A stretch of 64,000 bases of DNA. Source: Arsukibacterium sp. UBA5043. Its GTDB lineage: Bacteria; Pseudomonadota; Gammaproteobacteria; Enterobacterales; Alteromonadaceae. Both the position numbers and the translations under genes were made by a program. The notes under the pieces are model-generated. The model ran no database searches and had not been told where the DNA came from. It worked only from the letters and a program-made list of their open reading frames with translations. Location: NCBI RefSeq assembly GCF_002415085.1, contig NZ_DIBV01000004.1:141586-205585 (forward strand), written 5' to 3'. Of this stretch, positions 46,192 through 58,211 are shown one piece after another; position 1 is the stretch's first letter; each line of letters begins with the position of its first letter.

Positions 46192-48645
46192 ATGGGGAAC
46201 ACAATGTTTAGAAAAACGATGTTAGCCAGCGTTATTGCGGCCAGTCTGTCTGCCAGCCCACTGCTGGCTGAGACCATTTCCGGCGTAGTAACAGATGAAA
46301 ATGGCCGGCCGGTAGCCGGCGCAGAAGTTACCGTTATTGGTGAAAATCAGCAGGTTATTTCCGATGCCAATGGTCGCTTTACTGTCAGCAACCTTAATGC
46401 CGGTGAGGCAGAACTGCATATTGAAGCGCGCCGCTTTGGTCATCGCAATTTCCGGTTTGACGTACCGCAGCAAGGCTTAGCTGACGTGAGTCTGACCTTG
46501 CTCAGCAGTACTATTGAAGTTATCGATGTTAAAGCCAGCCCGTTTCATGCCTCTGCTACTGAGTCGTCATTGCCTGTGAGTGTACTGGCTGGCGATGCTT
46601 TGAAAATGAACCAGGCGTCAACCCTTGGCGATACCCTGAAAAACGAAGTGGGCGTTCATTCGAACTTCTACGGCAATGTTGCCAGCAGCCCGATTATCCG
46701 TGGCCTGGACGGCCCAAGAGTACTGATTACTCAAAATGGTCTCGACGCCGGTGATGCGTCCCGCATCGGTCCCGATCACAGTGTCGCGAGCGAGACCAGC
46801 ACCGCGACCCAGATTGAAGTACTGCGCGGCCCGGCGACCTTGTTTTATGGTAGTGGCGCCATTGGTGGTGTGGTTAACGTGGTGGATGAGCGCATTCCAA
46901 CCAACAACACCACCCGTGCCGAGTGGATGCTGCAGAGTGACTCTGTCAACGACGGGAAACTGGCTTCCGGCTCCCTGGTGACCGGTGTTGATAATATCGC
47001 TATGTATGTCGATGGTTTCTGGCGTGATAACGACAGCTACAACATTCCGGGTTTTGCTGAAGCGCAGCCGGATGAGGACGCGGTAAAAGGCCGGGTCAAG
47101 AATACAGCCGCCACAGCCAAAGGCTTTACGCTGGGTGGCAGCTTACTGCTGGATAACGGCTTTATTGGGGTGTCTTATGGCCGGCTGGATCGTGAGTACG
47201 GTATTCCGGGGCATGGCCATGCAGAAGAAGGTCATGAAGAAGAAGGTCATGAACAAGATCATGACGAGCACGGCGCAGCAGAACAAGTTTATGCCGGTTT
47301 AGCTCAAAACCGCTATCAGCTGTTAAGTGAACTGAATTTTTCATCCGGTATAATCCGGGCGGTTAATACCAAACTCGCTTTTACCGATTATCAGCATAGT
47401 GAAATTGAAGCTGGTGAAATTGGTACCACCTTTAAAAACCGCAGCCATGAAGCGCGGGTTGAAGTATTGCACCGGACCTATGCGGACTGGCGTGGCGGTT
47501 TAAGTCTGCATTATAAATTCAGTGATTTTGCAGCGCTGGGCGAAGAAGCCTTTACCCCACCGTCAGAAACCGAAATGCTGGCCCTTGGCTGGGTGGAAGA
47601 GCGACATATTGGCAACTGGCTGTTGCAACTGGGTGCAAGAGTTGAACGAGTAACGCTCGAGGCACCTGTGGTGCCGCTGCCAGAGTTAGCTTTTCACGGC
47701 CATGCTGAGCATGAAGATGAACCTGGTCATACTGATGAAGCAGAGCACGGTGTTAAATTTGCGGTAAAACAACGTTTCAGCCCTGTCAGCTTATCGGCCG
47801 GTACAGTGTGGGATTTTGCCGATGGCTATAACCTTGGCTTGTCGGTTTCACATTCGCAACGGGCACCTTCAGCTGCCGAGTTACTGTCGTTCGGGCCGCA
47901 TATCAGTACCGCATCCTATGAAATTGGTGCGCTGTTTGTACTGGAAGACGAAGAGTTTGCCGTTCGCAGCACACCAGTTAAGCTGGAACGGTCAAATAAT
48001 CTGGATATTACCCTGCGTAAGTTCAGTGGTGACACCGGCTTTGTGTTAAATGCGTTTTACAACCGGATAAATAACTACTATTACCAGCAAAATACTGGTC
48101 TTTTCGCCGAAGCACATCATGAAGAAGAGCATGGGACAGAACCGGGCACGCCTGCCGCGCCGGTTGATGAGCATGCAGATGAACATGAAGCTGAAATGCC
48201 GGTTTATCTGTTTGCTGCTGCTGACGTGACCTTGCACGGCCTGGAAGCTCAGTATATCTGGCAGATAAATGACCCGTTTAAACTGACCCTGCAGGGAGAC
48301 TATGTGCGGGCCCGCCTGCAGAATGGCGGTGATTTGCCCCGCACTCCACCGCTGCGTCTGGCTGCAGAAATGGCTTACCAGCAGAATGCAATCAGTGCCG
48401 ATTTACGTGCTACCCGCTATTTTAAACAGGACAAGGTTGCTGAAATGGAGCAGGCGAGTGCCGGCTATACCTTGCTTGATGCCAGTGTCAGTTACCGCTT
48501 TGATGTCGGGATGCAGGAGCTGACAGTATACCTGAAAGGCCAGAACCTGACCGATCAGCAAGCCCGGGTTCATACCTCTTTTTTGAAAGACGTGGCACCA
48601 CTACCTGGCCGTTCCCTGGCACTGGGTGTACGCGGCCGCTTCTGA
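46192..48645 (+). CDS. TonB-dependent receptor, ZnuD-like (zinc-regulated, His-rich loops)
   Basis: Signal peptide, CarboxypepD_reg-like N-domain (GVVTDENGRPVAGAEVTV), plug, barrel ending LALGVRGRF; three His/Glu/Asp-rich insertions; the start could be ATG 46204. Confidence 0.8.
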   Translation: MGNTMFRKTMLASVIAASLSASPLLAETISGVVTDENGRPVAGAEVTVIGENQQVISDANGRFTVSNLNAGEAELHIEARRFGHRNFRFDVPQQGLADVSLTLLSSTIEVIDVKASPFHASATESSLPVSVLAGDALKMNQASTLGDTLKNEVGVHSNFYGNVASSPIIRGLDGPRVLITQNGLDAGDASRIGPDHSVASETSTATQIEVLRGPATLFYGSGAIGGVVNVVDERIPTNNTTRAEWMLQSDSVNDGKLASGSLVTGVDNIAMYVDGFWRDNDSYNIPGFAEAQPDEDAVKGRVKNTAATAKGFTLGGSLLLDNGFIGVSYGRLDREYGIPGHGHAEEGHEEEGHEQDHDEHGAAEQVYAGLAQNRYQLLSELNFSSGIIRAVNTKLAFTDYQHSEIEAGEIGTTFKNRSHEARVEVLHRTYADWRGGLSLHYKFSDFAALGEEAFTPPSETEMLALGWVEERHIGNWLLQLGARVERVTLEAPVVPLPELAFHGHAEHEDEPGHTDEAEHGVKFAVKQRFSPVSLSAGTVWDFADGYNLGLSVSHSQRAPSAAELLSFGPHISTASYEIGALFVLEDEEFAVRSTPVKLERSNNLDITLRKFSGDTGFVLNAFYNRINNYYYQQNTGLFAEAHHEEEHGTEPGTPAAPVDEHADEHEAEMPVYLFAAADVTLHGLEAQYIWQINDPFKLTLQGDYVRARLQNGGDLPRTPPLRLAAEMAYQQNAISADLRATRYFKQDKVAEMEQASAGYTLLDASVSYRFDVGMQELTVYLKGQNLTDQQARVHTSFLKDVAPLPGRSLALGVRGRF

Positions 48646-48678
48646 TCCTGGCGATATAAATAACGTATCTTGACCCAT

Positions 48679-48716
48679 AAAAAAACCGCTGCCGGTTAGC
48701 CCGCAGCGGTTTTTCT
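48679..48716. terminator. bidirectional rho-independent terminator
   Basis: A7-CCGCTGC-cggttagcc-(C)GCAGCGG-T5 between convergent genes. Confidence 0.8.
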
Positions 48717-48736
48717 ATTTACAATGCTAACGGCGA

Positions 48737-50986
<2,250 letters not shown>

Positions 50987-51203
50987 TTATAAAATGGGCG
51001 TACTGCAAGCCCAGGAACTGTACCAATGACTATAGACCTGATATTTAAACAATTAAAGCTACTTTAACTGACAGTGCTAATCTAAATTATAGATTAAGAC
51101 AGCGGGCTATGCCGATAGAACGCTTTACCATATTATATGTTTCATATATGATTCGTATATTGCATGCCGCCACATTGGTATGCCACCAGAGCGGAGTGCC
51201 ACC

Positions 51204-51455
51204 TTGGGTATCGTTAAAATTGCTGATGAACTACATGAAGAGATCCGTAAAGCCAGTGGTGCAATGTCGCGCTCTATTAACGCCCAGGCAGAATTCTGGC
51301 TGAAAATGGGTATGCTGGCCGAGTTGCATCCCACCCACAACTATCAGCAACTGCTGCAAATGGTAATGCAGCAGGCGGATGTCAAAGCCGCAGGTGTCAA
51401 AGCTGCTGCTGTGCAAGAGCTGACAGGAGTGGCCGATGAGCGGCGTTCAGCTTAA
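51204..51455 (+). CDS. ParD-like (PF11903-type) small protein
   Basis: LGIVKIADELHEEIRKASGAMSRSINAQAEFWLKMGMLAE matches my memory of the ParD_like family; TTG start at 51204 with GGAG 7 nt upstream (the ORF-track ATG at 51180 is also possible). Confidence 0.55.
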   Translation: MGIVKIADELHEEIRKASGAMSRSINAQAEFWLKMGMLAELHPTHNYQQLLQMVMQQADVKAAGVKAAAVQELTGVADERRSA

Positions 51456-52212
51456 AACCCCGGACGAGCTGGCCCTGCAGCGCGAAGCCGGTCGCTTACT
51501 GGCGCAGGTATTTGCCATGCTGGATAAAAACATCGTAGCGGGTATGTCTACTTTGCAGATTAATGATTTGGCCGAGCGCTATATTATTGATGAATTGCAG
51601 GCCCGCCCGGCCAGCAAAGGCCAGTATGGTTTTGCTTACGTGCTGAACACCTCGGTTAATGAGGTGGTGTGTCATGGCGTGCCATCGGCGACGCAACGGT
51701 TAAAAGACGGTGATATTGTTAATGTCGATATTACCCTGGAAAAACACGGTTTTATTGCCGACTCCAGTAAAATGTACTGCATTGGTGAGCCGGCTTTTCT
51801 GGCCCGCCAGCTGGTAGAGGATTGTTACCAGGCGTTGTGGCTGGGCATTAAAGCCGTTAAACCCGGCGCGCGCTTAGGCGATATTGGCTTTGCCATTGAG
51901 CAATTTGCCAACAGTAAAGGCTACAGCGTCGTGCGCGAATATTGTGGCCATGGCATTGGCCGGGAAATGCATGAAGAGCCACAGGTGCTGCACTACGGCA
52001 AGTCAGGCAGCGGCATGCAATTAAAACCAGGCATGGTGTTTACCATTGAGCCGATGCTGAACCAGGGCACTGCTAAAACGAAGACCAAAAAAGACGGTTG
52101 GACCGTGGTTACCCGTGATAAAAAGCTGTCGGCGCAGTGGGAGCACACGGTAGCAGTAACCGATAGCGGGGTTGAAGTTCTTACGCTGCGCGCGGAAGAA
52201 CAGCAGGCCTGA
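51436..52212 (+). CDS. map: type I methionine aminopeptidase
   Basis: Metal ligands in DIVNVDIT, HGIGREMHEEP, FTIEPM, QWEHTV; overlaps the preceding gene by 20 nt. Confidence 0.85.
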   Translation: MSGVQLKTPDELALQREAGRLLAQVFAMLDKNIVAGMSTLQINDLAERYIIDELQARPASKGQYGFAYVLNTSVNEVVCHGVPSATQRLKDGDIVNVDITLEKHGFIADSSKMYCIGEPAFLARQLVEDCYQALWLGIKAVKPGARLGDIGFAIEQFANSKGYSVVREYCGHGIGREMHEEPQVLHYGKSGSGMQLKPGMVFTIEPMLNQGTAKTKTKKDGWTVVTRDKKLSAQWEHTVAVTDSGVEVLTLRAEEQQA

Positions 52213-52276
52213 GGAGTTCAGATCTGCTGGCAGCGCGCTGGGCTTTGATCTTTTCGTGCTATCTGTGCAGGCGAAA

Positions 52277-53632
52277 CTACCTGAGGGTAACAAACTCTTC
52301 GGCGCTGGTGGGGTGCAGCGCCACGGTGGCATCAAAGTCTGCTTTGGTGGCGCCCATTTTCATGGCTACGGCAAAGCCTTGTAGCAGTTCATCCATACCC
52401 TCGCCGATGCCATGCAGGCCCACTACTTTCTCGTCTTTACCGGCACATACCAGCTTAAAGCAACTTAATGCCCGGTGGCTGGTTATGGCGTTGTACATGG
52501 CGGCAAAGCTGGAGCTGTACACTTTAATATTGTCATCGCCATATTGCGCACGGGCCTGCGCTTCAGTTAAACCAATAGTACCGATAGGCGGGTGGCTGAA
52601 CACAATGGTTGGAATAAGCGAGTAATCCATATGCGCGTCGGGCAGTTCCGGGTTAAACAGCCGTTCAGCCAGCAAGCGGCCGGCTTTGACGGCCACCGGG
52701 GTAAGCTGGGCTTCACCGGTAATATCGCCCACGGCATAAATACCTTTAACATTGCTATTCTGGTATTTGTCGGTACGGATATAGCCCTGGTTATCGGTTT
52801 TAACGCCAGCGGCCTGCAAATTCAGGTTGGCCGTGGCCGGAGCGCGGCCAATAGCCCAGATCAGACAATCTACGTCAGTAAATTCAGTACCGTCTTCGCA
52901 GCTTACTGTTAATTTACCAGCGTGGTTTTTTACAACTTGCCTGACATTGGTATGGGTATGTAACTGCATTTTATCCTGCTTCATTCTCGCCAGCAGCATG
53001 TCGGTCATGTCAGGGTCAAAGTCGCGCAGTGGCCGGTCATGGCGGATAAGCAGATGGCTGTCAGTACCAAGCGCATGCAACACACCGGCAATTTCGACGG
53101 CGATATAGCCTGCGCCTACTACCAGGGCTTTTTTGGGCTGGGTTGTCAGCGCAAAAAAACCGTCGGAGTCGATACCATGTTCAGCTCCGGGCACATCCGG
53201 GATGAGGGGCTCGCCGCCCACTGCAATGCTGATATGATCCGCCGTGATCTGTTCGCCGTTTACTTCCACGGTGTTAGCGTTAACAAAGCGGGCGAAGCCT
53301 TCGATAAGTTCGACGCCGTTACTGGCAAAACCACGTTTATAGCCGGCATGAATGCGTTCAATATAGGCCTGACGGTTTTTAACCAGTGTCGCCCAGTCAA
53401 AACCGTTATCCGCCAGCTTAAAACCGTAATCGGCACTGTATTTAATCGCTTCCGCAATATGGGCGCCATACCACATTACTTTTTTGGGTACGCAACCGAC
53501 GTTTACGCAGGTGCCGCCAACGGCTTTCGCTTCAATTACTGCAGCACTGGCGCCACGCATCGCAGCGCGGTTAGCTGAGGCAATACCACCACTGCCGGCA
53601 CCAATTGCCAGATAATTAAAATGCCTTGCCAT
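52277..53632 (-). CDS. gor: glutathione-disulfide reductase
   Basis: GAGSGG FAD motif, redox-active [14 protein letters not shown]-terminal HPTSAEE. Confidence 0.9.
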   Translation of the reverse strand: MARHFNYLAIGAGSGGIASANRAAMRGASAAVIEAKAVGGTCVNVGCVPKKVMWYGAHIAEAIKYSADYGFKLADNGFDWATLVKNRQAYIERIHAGYKRGFASNGVELIEGFARFVNANTVEVNGEQITADHISIAVGGEPLIPDVPGAEHGIDSDGFFALTTQPKKALVVGAGYIAVEIAGVLHALGTDSHLLIRHDRPLRDFDPDMTDMLLARMKQDKMQLHTHTNVRQVVKNHAGKLTVSCEDGTEFTDVDCLIWAIGRAPATANLNLQAAGVKTDNQGYIRTDKYQNSNVKGIYAVGDITGEAQLTPVAVKAGRLLAERLFNPELPDAHMDYSLIPTIVFSHPPIGTIGLTEAQARAQYGDDNIKVYSSSFAAMYNAITSHRALSCFKLVCAGKDEKVVGLHGIGEGMDELLQGFAVAMKMGATKADFDATVALHPTSAEEFVTLR

Positions 53633-53809
53633 AACCTTGCCCTTATTTGTATTCAGATTTATTCACTATGCCAGATATAAGACTGCCCCGGGTTAAAAAC
53701 AAGCTTGGTTAGGGTGGAAAGCACGACGAGCCGTTGCAGGCCACCTTGACAAATGCCAGTTGCAGCCCAACATAGACAACATTAACTGAAGCCATTCGCA
53801 GGACTTTTT

Positions 53810-55897
53810 ATGTCAGATTCTATGCAGCAGCAATCTACAGACTTAAGCAGCAACCCGTTACTCACCTTTACTGATTTACCGCCATTCTCACAGATTAAAC
53901 CTGAGCAGGTAAAACCTGCGGTGGAAGCGGCTATTGCTCAGTCGCGTCAGGCGGTGGAGCAACTGCTTACTTCGGGTGACATCAGCTGGCAAACGCTGAT
54001 TACCCAATTAGAGCATGACAGCGAACGGCTGGGTAAACTGTGGTCACCGGTGTCGCATTTAAATTCAGTACGCAATAGCCCGGAGCTACGCGATGCCTAT
54101 GAAAGCTGTTTGCCGCTGTTGTCTGAATTCAGCACCTGGCTGGGCCAGCATGAGGGTTTATATCAAGCGTATCAAACCTTAAGTTTAAGTGATGAATTTG
54201 CCGACTTAACTCAGGCTCAGCAAAAAGTGATTACCAATGCGTTGCGCGACTTTAAGCTGTCAGGCATTGGTCTGTCAGATGACAAGAAACAACGATATGG
54301 CGACATTCAGAGCCGCTTGTCGGATTTAAGCTCGCAGTTTGCCAATAATACGCTGGATGCTACGCAGGCCTGGTTTAAACATATTACCGACGAAACTCTG
54401 TTGAGCGGCCTGCCAGAAGACGCCCGGCTTGCTGCGGCAGAAGAAGCGCAAAGCCGCGAGTTAACCGGTTGGGTGTTTACCCTGGAGTTCCCCAGTTATA
54501 TCGCGGTAATGACCTACGCTGATAACCGGGAGCTGCGCGAGCAGCTTTACAGCGCGTACTGTACCAGAGCATCAGATCAGGGACCGCATGCCGGTCAGTT
54601 TGATAACAGTGCCGTAATTGAAGAAATTCTGGCATTAAAACATGAGTTGGCGCAGCTGCTTGATTTTGCCAATGCGGCGCAAGAATCGTTGGTCACCAAA
54701 ATGGCAGACAGTCCGGCGCAGGTACTGGATTTTCTGACCGATTTAGCCCGTCGTGCCAAACCGCAGGCTGAGCAGGATCTGGCGGAACTCAGCACTTTTG
54801 CCCAAAAGCAGTTTAACGCACCAGAGCTGAAAGCCTGGGATATAACTTATTACAGCGAAAAACTGAAACAAGCAAAGTACGCCGTCTCTGATGAGCAATT
54901 GCGACCTTATTTCCCAGAAACAAAGGTGGTGCCAGGGCTATTTAAAGTGCTCAATCGACTGTTTGGTTTAACCGTGACCCAGCGCACTGACGTTGATGTC
55001 TGGCATCCTGATGTCCGGTTTTATGATATTACCGATAGCCAGGGCGAACTGCGGGGGAGTTTCTATCTGGATTTATATGCCCGCAGCCAAAAGCGTGGTG
55101 GTGCCTGGATGGATGATTGTCAGGGCCGGCGAATCTTGCCAGATGGCAGCGTTCAAAGTCCGGTGGCTTATTTGACCTGCAATTTTAATAAGCCGGTAGG
55201 TGGCAAACCCGCGCTGTTTACCCACGATGAAGTGGTTACGTTGTTTCATGAGTTTGGCCATGGCTTACATCATATGTTAACCAAGGTTGATGCGGCAGCC
55301 GTAGCCGGCATTAATGGCGTTGCCTGGGATGCAGTGGAATTACCCAGTCAATTTTTGGAGAACTGGTGCTGGGCACCAGAGGCCCTGGCGATTATCGCGG
55401 GTCATTATCAAACCGGTGAAGCATTACCCCATGATATGCTGCAAAAAATGCTGGCCGCGAAGAACTTTCAGTCAGCCCTGTTTATAGTGCGGCAACTGGA
55501 GTTCGCCCTATTTGACATGCGTTTGCACAGTGAATACACCGGCACAGCCAACACTACTGATGGCAACGGAGTCCAGCAGTTACTGGACGAGGTCCGAAGC
55601 CAGGTATCAGTAATTGTACCCCCCCGTTTTAACCGCTTTCAGCATGGCTTTGGCCATATATTTGCTGGCGGTTATGGCGCAGGTTATTACAGCTATTTAT
55701 GGGCTGAAGTATTGTCATCTGACGCGTTCAGCCGGTTTGAAGCCGAAGGTGTATTTAATCCGGAAACCGGCAGAGACTTTCTGAACTGGATTTTAGAGCG
55801 GGGTGGCAGCGCCGAACCTATGGAGCTTTTCAAAGGTTTTCGCGGCCGGGAACCGTCTAACGAAGCTTTTCTCAGGCATATGGGTATAGCAGGCTAA
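53810..55897 (+). CDS. prlC: oligopeptidase A (M3 family)
   Basis: HEFGHGLHH zinc motif; 695 aa; gor/prlC/rsmJ neighbourhood as in E. coli. Confidence 0.9.
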   Translation: MSDSMQQQSTDLSSNPLLTFTDLPPFSQIKPEQVKPAVEAAIAQSRQAVEQLLTSGDISWQTLITQLEHDSERLGKLWSPVSHLNSVRNSPELRDAYESCLPLLSEFSTWLGQHEGLYQAYQTLSLSDEFADLTQAQQKVITNALRDFKLSGIGLSDDKKQRYGDIQSRLSDLSSQFANNTLDATQAWFKHITDETLLSGLPEDARLAAAEEAQSRELTGWVFTLEFPSYIAVMTYADNRELREQLYSAYCTRASDQGPHAGQFDNSAVIEEILALKHELAQLLDFANAAQESLVTKMADSPAQVLDFLTDLARRAKPQAEQDLAELSTFAQKQFNAPELKAWDITYYSEKLKQAKYAVSDEQLRPYFPETKVVPGLFKVLNRLFGLTVTQRTDVDVWHPDVRFYDITDSQGELRGSFYLDLYARSQKRGGAWMDDCQGRRILPDGSVQSPVAYLTCNFNKPVGGKPALFTHDEVVTLFHEFGHGLHHMLTKVDAAAVAGINGVAWDAVELPSQFLENWCWAPEALAIIAGHYQTGEALPHDMLQKMLAAKNFQSALFIVRQLEFALFDMRLHSEYTGTANTTDGNGVQQLLDEVRSQVSVIVPPRFNRFQHGFGHIFAGGYGAGYYSYLWAEVLSSDAFSRFEAEGVFNPETGRDFLNWILERGGSAEPMELFKGFRGREPSNEAFLRHMGIAG

Positions 55898-55967
55898 ATT
55901 GTTAACAGGTAATTAATTGCTTATTCAGTTTTGCTCTGTCAGGATTAATTAAAAATGGAGGCGACGA

Positions 55968-56450
55968 ATGAAATATCAACTAGTTTTAGTGGCATTAATC
56001 CTGGGGATCACCGGCTGTCAGCAAGGCCAGGCGGCAAATAACGAACGGCAGGCGCCTGAGCCACTAGTGGAAGCCATCGATCCGCAGCAAAATCCAATTG
56101 CAGCCGTCAAAGCCAAGGAGAAACAAATGACCTTACCAGCAGACCAGAATGTTGATGCCCTGAGACGTCAAGCCCTCAGCGCAATTGGTGACGCCAGTGC
56201 CGATAGTTCCAGCCAGTGCCGGGTAACCGGTTTTGGCCATAAACCGTGCGGTGGCCCGGAACGCTACATTGCTTACTCCACCAAAGGCGGCAATGAAGCC
56301 GATATTCTGGCGAAAATTGCCGCTTATAACGCCGCAGCTGAAGCGGAGAATGTGCGACTGGGCCGGATGTCTGACTGTGCCGTAGTACCGAAGCCGGTAG
56401 TCGAATTATCTGGCGGCCAGTGCAAACTGGTCAAAAATAACAGTTATTGA
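55968..56450 (+). CDS. lipoprotein of unknown function
   Basis: Lipobox LILGITGC-Q; four further Cys in the C-terminal half. Confidence 0.55.
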   Translation: MKYQLVLVALILGITGCQQGQAANNERQAPEPLVEAIDPQQNPIAAVKAKEKQMTLPADQNVDALRRQALSAIGDASADSSSQCRVTGFGHKPCGGPERYIAYSTKGGNEADILAKIAAYNAAAEAENVRLGRMSDCAVVPKPVVELSGGQCKLVKNNSY

Positions 56451-56475
56451 TAAGCAGCAATCACAATGGGGCAGT

Positions 56476-57180
56476 ATGGCGGGTACAGTAGAAGATTTCG
56501 CAGCAATTTACCGGCGGGCCTGTCAGCGCAAAGGGGGCGAAGCAGCGCTGCAGGCATTAATTACCAGACCTCTGGCGCCGGCTAAACTGGCAAAATTAGC
56601 CGATAACCTGTGGCTGGCTGAACTGAGCAAAAAAGTATTTCAATCTGGTTTTGTCTGGCGGGTGGTACGGCAGAAATGGCCGGGTTTTTGTGACATATTT
56701 TTCGATTTTAACGTTGAAAAGATCCTGTTGTTCAGTGATGAAATGCTGGAACAAAAAGCCGCAGATCCCAGGATTATTCGTAATTTAAATAAGGTTTTTA
56801 CCATTCGCGATAATGCACTGATGATTTACGATGTGCAGCAGCACCACCCCAGTTTTGCCAGCTTTATCGCCGATTGGCCAACCGATAACATTATCGGTTT
56901 ATGGGCCTATTTAAAAAAACACGGTGCCCGGCTCGGCGGCAATACCGGGCCCTATGCGTTGCGTGCGATGGGTAAAGATACCTTCTTGCTGACTCAGGAT
57001 ATTGAGGGCTATTTACGGGCGTACAACGTATTTGACGGTGGTATTAACAGTCAACGCAGCTTAAAACAGATCCAGCAACAATTTAACCTGTGGCAACAAC
57101 AATCAGGATTAAGTTTGCAGGAAATCAGCCAGATAGTGGCACTAAGTTGTGGTGAAAACCATGCCGGGATGCAGCGCTAA
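56476..57180 (+). CDS. Tag-like (DNA-3-methyladenine glycosylase I family) protein, atypical
   Basis: Core WLAELSKKVFQSGFVWRVVRQKWPGF...IIRNLNKVFTIRDNA aligns with E. coli Tag LFEMICLEGQQAGLSWITVLKKRENY...IIRHRGKIQAIIGNA; N-terminal CGW/HDNEWG region absent. Confidence 0.5.
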   Translation: MAGTVEDFAAIYRRACQRKGGEAALQALITRPLAPAKLAKLADNLWLAELSKKVFQSGFVWRVVRQKWPGFCDIFFDFNVEKILLFSDEMLEQKAADPRIIRNLNKVFTIRDNALMIYDVQQHHPSFASFIADWPTDNIIGLWAYLKKHGARLGGNTGPYALRAMGKDTFLLTQDIEGYLRAYNVFDGGINSQRSLKQIQQQFNLWQQQSGLSLQEISQIVALSCGENHAGMQR

Positions 57181-57304
57181 ACCGCCTTATTTCCGCTGCT
57201 GTATATTTGCTTACAAATTAACGGCGCTACTAACATAAAGCATCTTCTGGTTATTTTAACCCTGTGTTAGCGTGGTACTTTTCATCAGCACATGGAAAGT
57301 TACC

Positions 57305-58201
57305 ATGCTACAAATCAGCGGCTTATCTAAAACCTACGGTAATGGCGTAAAAGCGCTTAATAACGTTAATTTAACGATTTCCAAGGGCATGTTTGGTCTG
57401 CTTGGCCCCAATGGTGCCGGTAAGTCGTCACTAATGCGCACCATCGCAACGTTACAGGATGCGGACAGCGGCACTATTACATTTGACGGCATTAATGTAT
57501 TGCAAGACCCGGCCGCCCTGCGTAAAACCCTGGGTTACCTGCCACAGGATTTTAATGTCTATCCGCGGATCAGCGCTTACAAACTACTGGACCACCTGGC
57601 AATTTTAAAAGGGCTTAGTGATAACAAGCCGCGGCGGGAGGTAGTAGAAGGTTTACTGGCCCATACCAATTTGTATCAGCACAAAGATAAAGCTGTCAGC
57701 GGCTTTTCCGGTGGCATGCGTCAGCGGTTCGGTATTGCCCAGGCGTTATTAGGTAATCCCGACTTGTTAATAGTTGATGAGCCGACTGCCGGTCTGGACC
57801 CGGAGGAGCGAAACCGTTTTCATAATTTACTGGTTAGCCTGGGCGAAGAGAAAGTGATTATTCTGTCCACTCATATTGTTGATGACGTTGCCGAGCTATG
57901 TCCCGATATGGCGGTGCTGGCCGGTGGTGAAATTTTATTGCAGGGCAACCCGCAGCAGCTAGTCAAAGAGCTGAATGGTCAGATCTGGAGCATTACCGCC
58001 AGCCAGGGCGAAGCGGCAGAGCTGGAACATACCTTGCCGGTGATCTCCAAACGTCTGTTTGCCGGTCGCACGGTATTAAATGTATTTGCGCCAGAACCGC
58101 CGCCGGGATTTTCGCCTTGCGCTGCCAGCCTGGAAGATGTTTATTTTTCGACCTTACGTGCCAGTCGCACGTCGGTTAAGCCCACTGCCACAGCTGCCTG
58201 A
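57305..58201 (+). CDS. ABC transporter ATP-binding protein (ABC-2 type)
   Basis: Walker A GPNGAGKSS, signature FSGGMRQR, Walker B LLIVDEP; start at the ATG at 57305. Confidence 0.85.
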   Translation: MLQISGLSKTYGNGVKALNNVNLTISKGMFGLLGPNGAGKSSLMRTIATLQDADSGTITFDGINVLQDPAALRKTLGYLPQDFNVYPRISAYKLLDHLAILKGLSDNKPRREVVEGLLAHTNLYQHKDKAVSGFSGGMRQRFGIAQALLGNPDLLIVDEPTAGLDPEERNRFHNLLVSLGEEKVIILSTHIVDDVAELCPDMAVLAGGEILLQGNPQQLVKELNGQIWSITASQGEAAELEHTLPVISKRLFAGRTVLNVFAPEPPPGFSPCAASLEDVYFSTLRASRTSVKPTATAA

Positions 58202-58211
58202 GGAAACATTA

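Noticed and set aside
47221-47262. Short tandem DNA repeat (gaagaaggtcat units)
   Set aside because: It is in frame within the TonB receptor and simply encodes the repeated EEGH metal-binding loop. It is not an independent repeat element.
51180-52212. Type II toxin-antitoxin module
   Set aside because: Only an antitoxin-like (ParD_like) gene is present. The overlapping downstream gene is a bona fide methionine aminopeptidase, and no ParE/RelE-sized ORF flanks it.
53039-53578. 179-aa ORF on the plus strand
   Set aside because: It lies entirely antisense inside gor, which has unambiguous motifs. It has no SD and a low-complexity composition typical of shadow ORFs.
58080-58211. 44-codon extension of the permease::M1 ORF overlapping the ABC ATPase gene
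   Set aside because: The ATG at 58212 has a GAGGAA SD and starts directly with the first TM segment. The extension is Arg/Pro-rich out-of-frame read-through of the ATPase gene.
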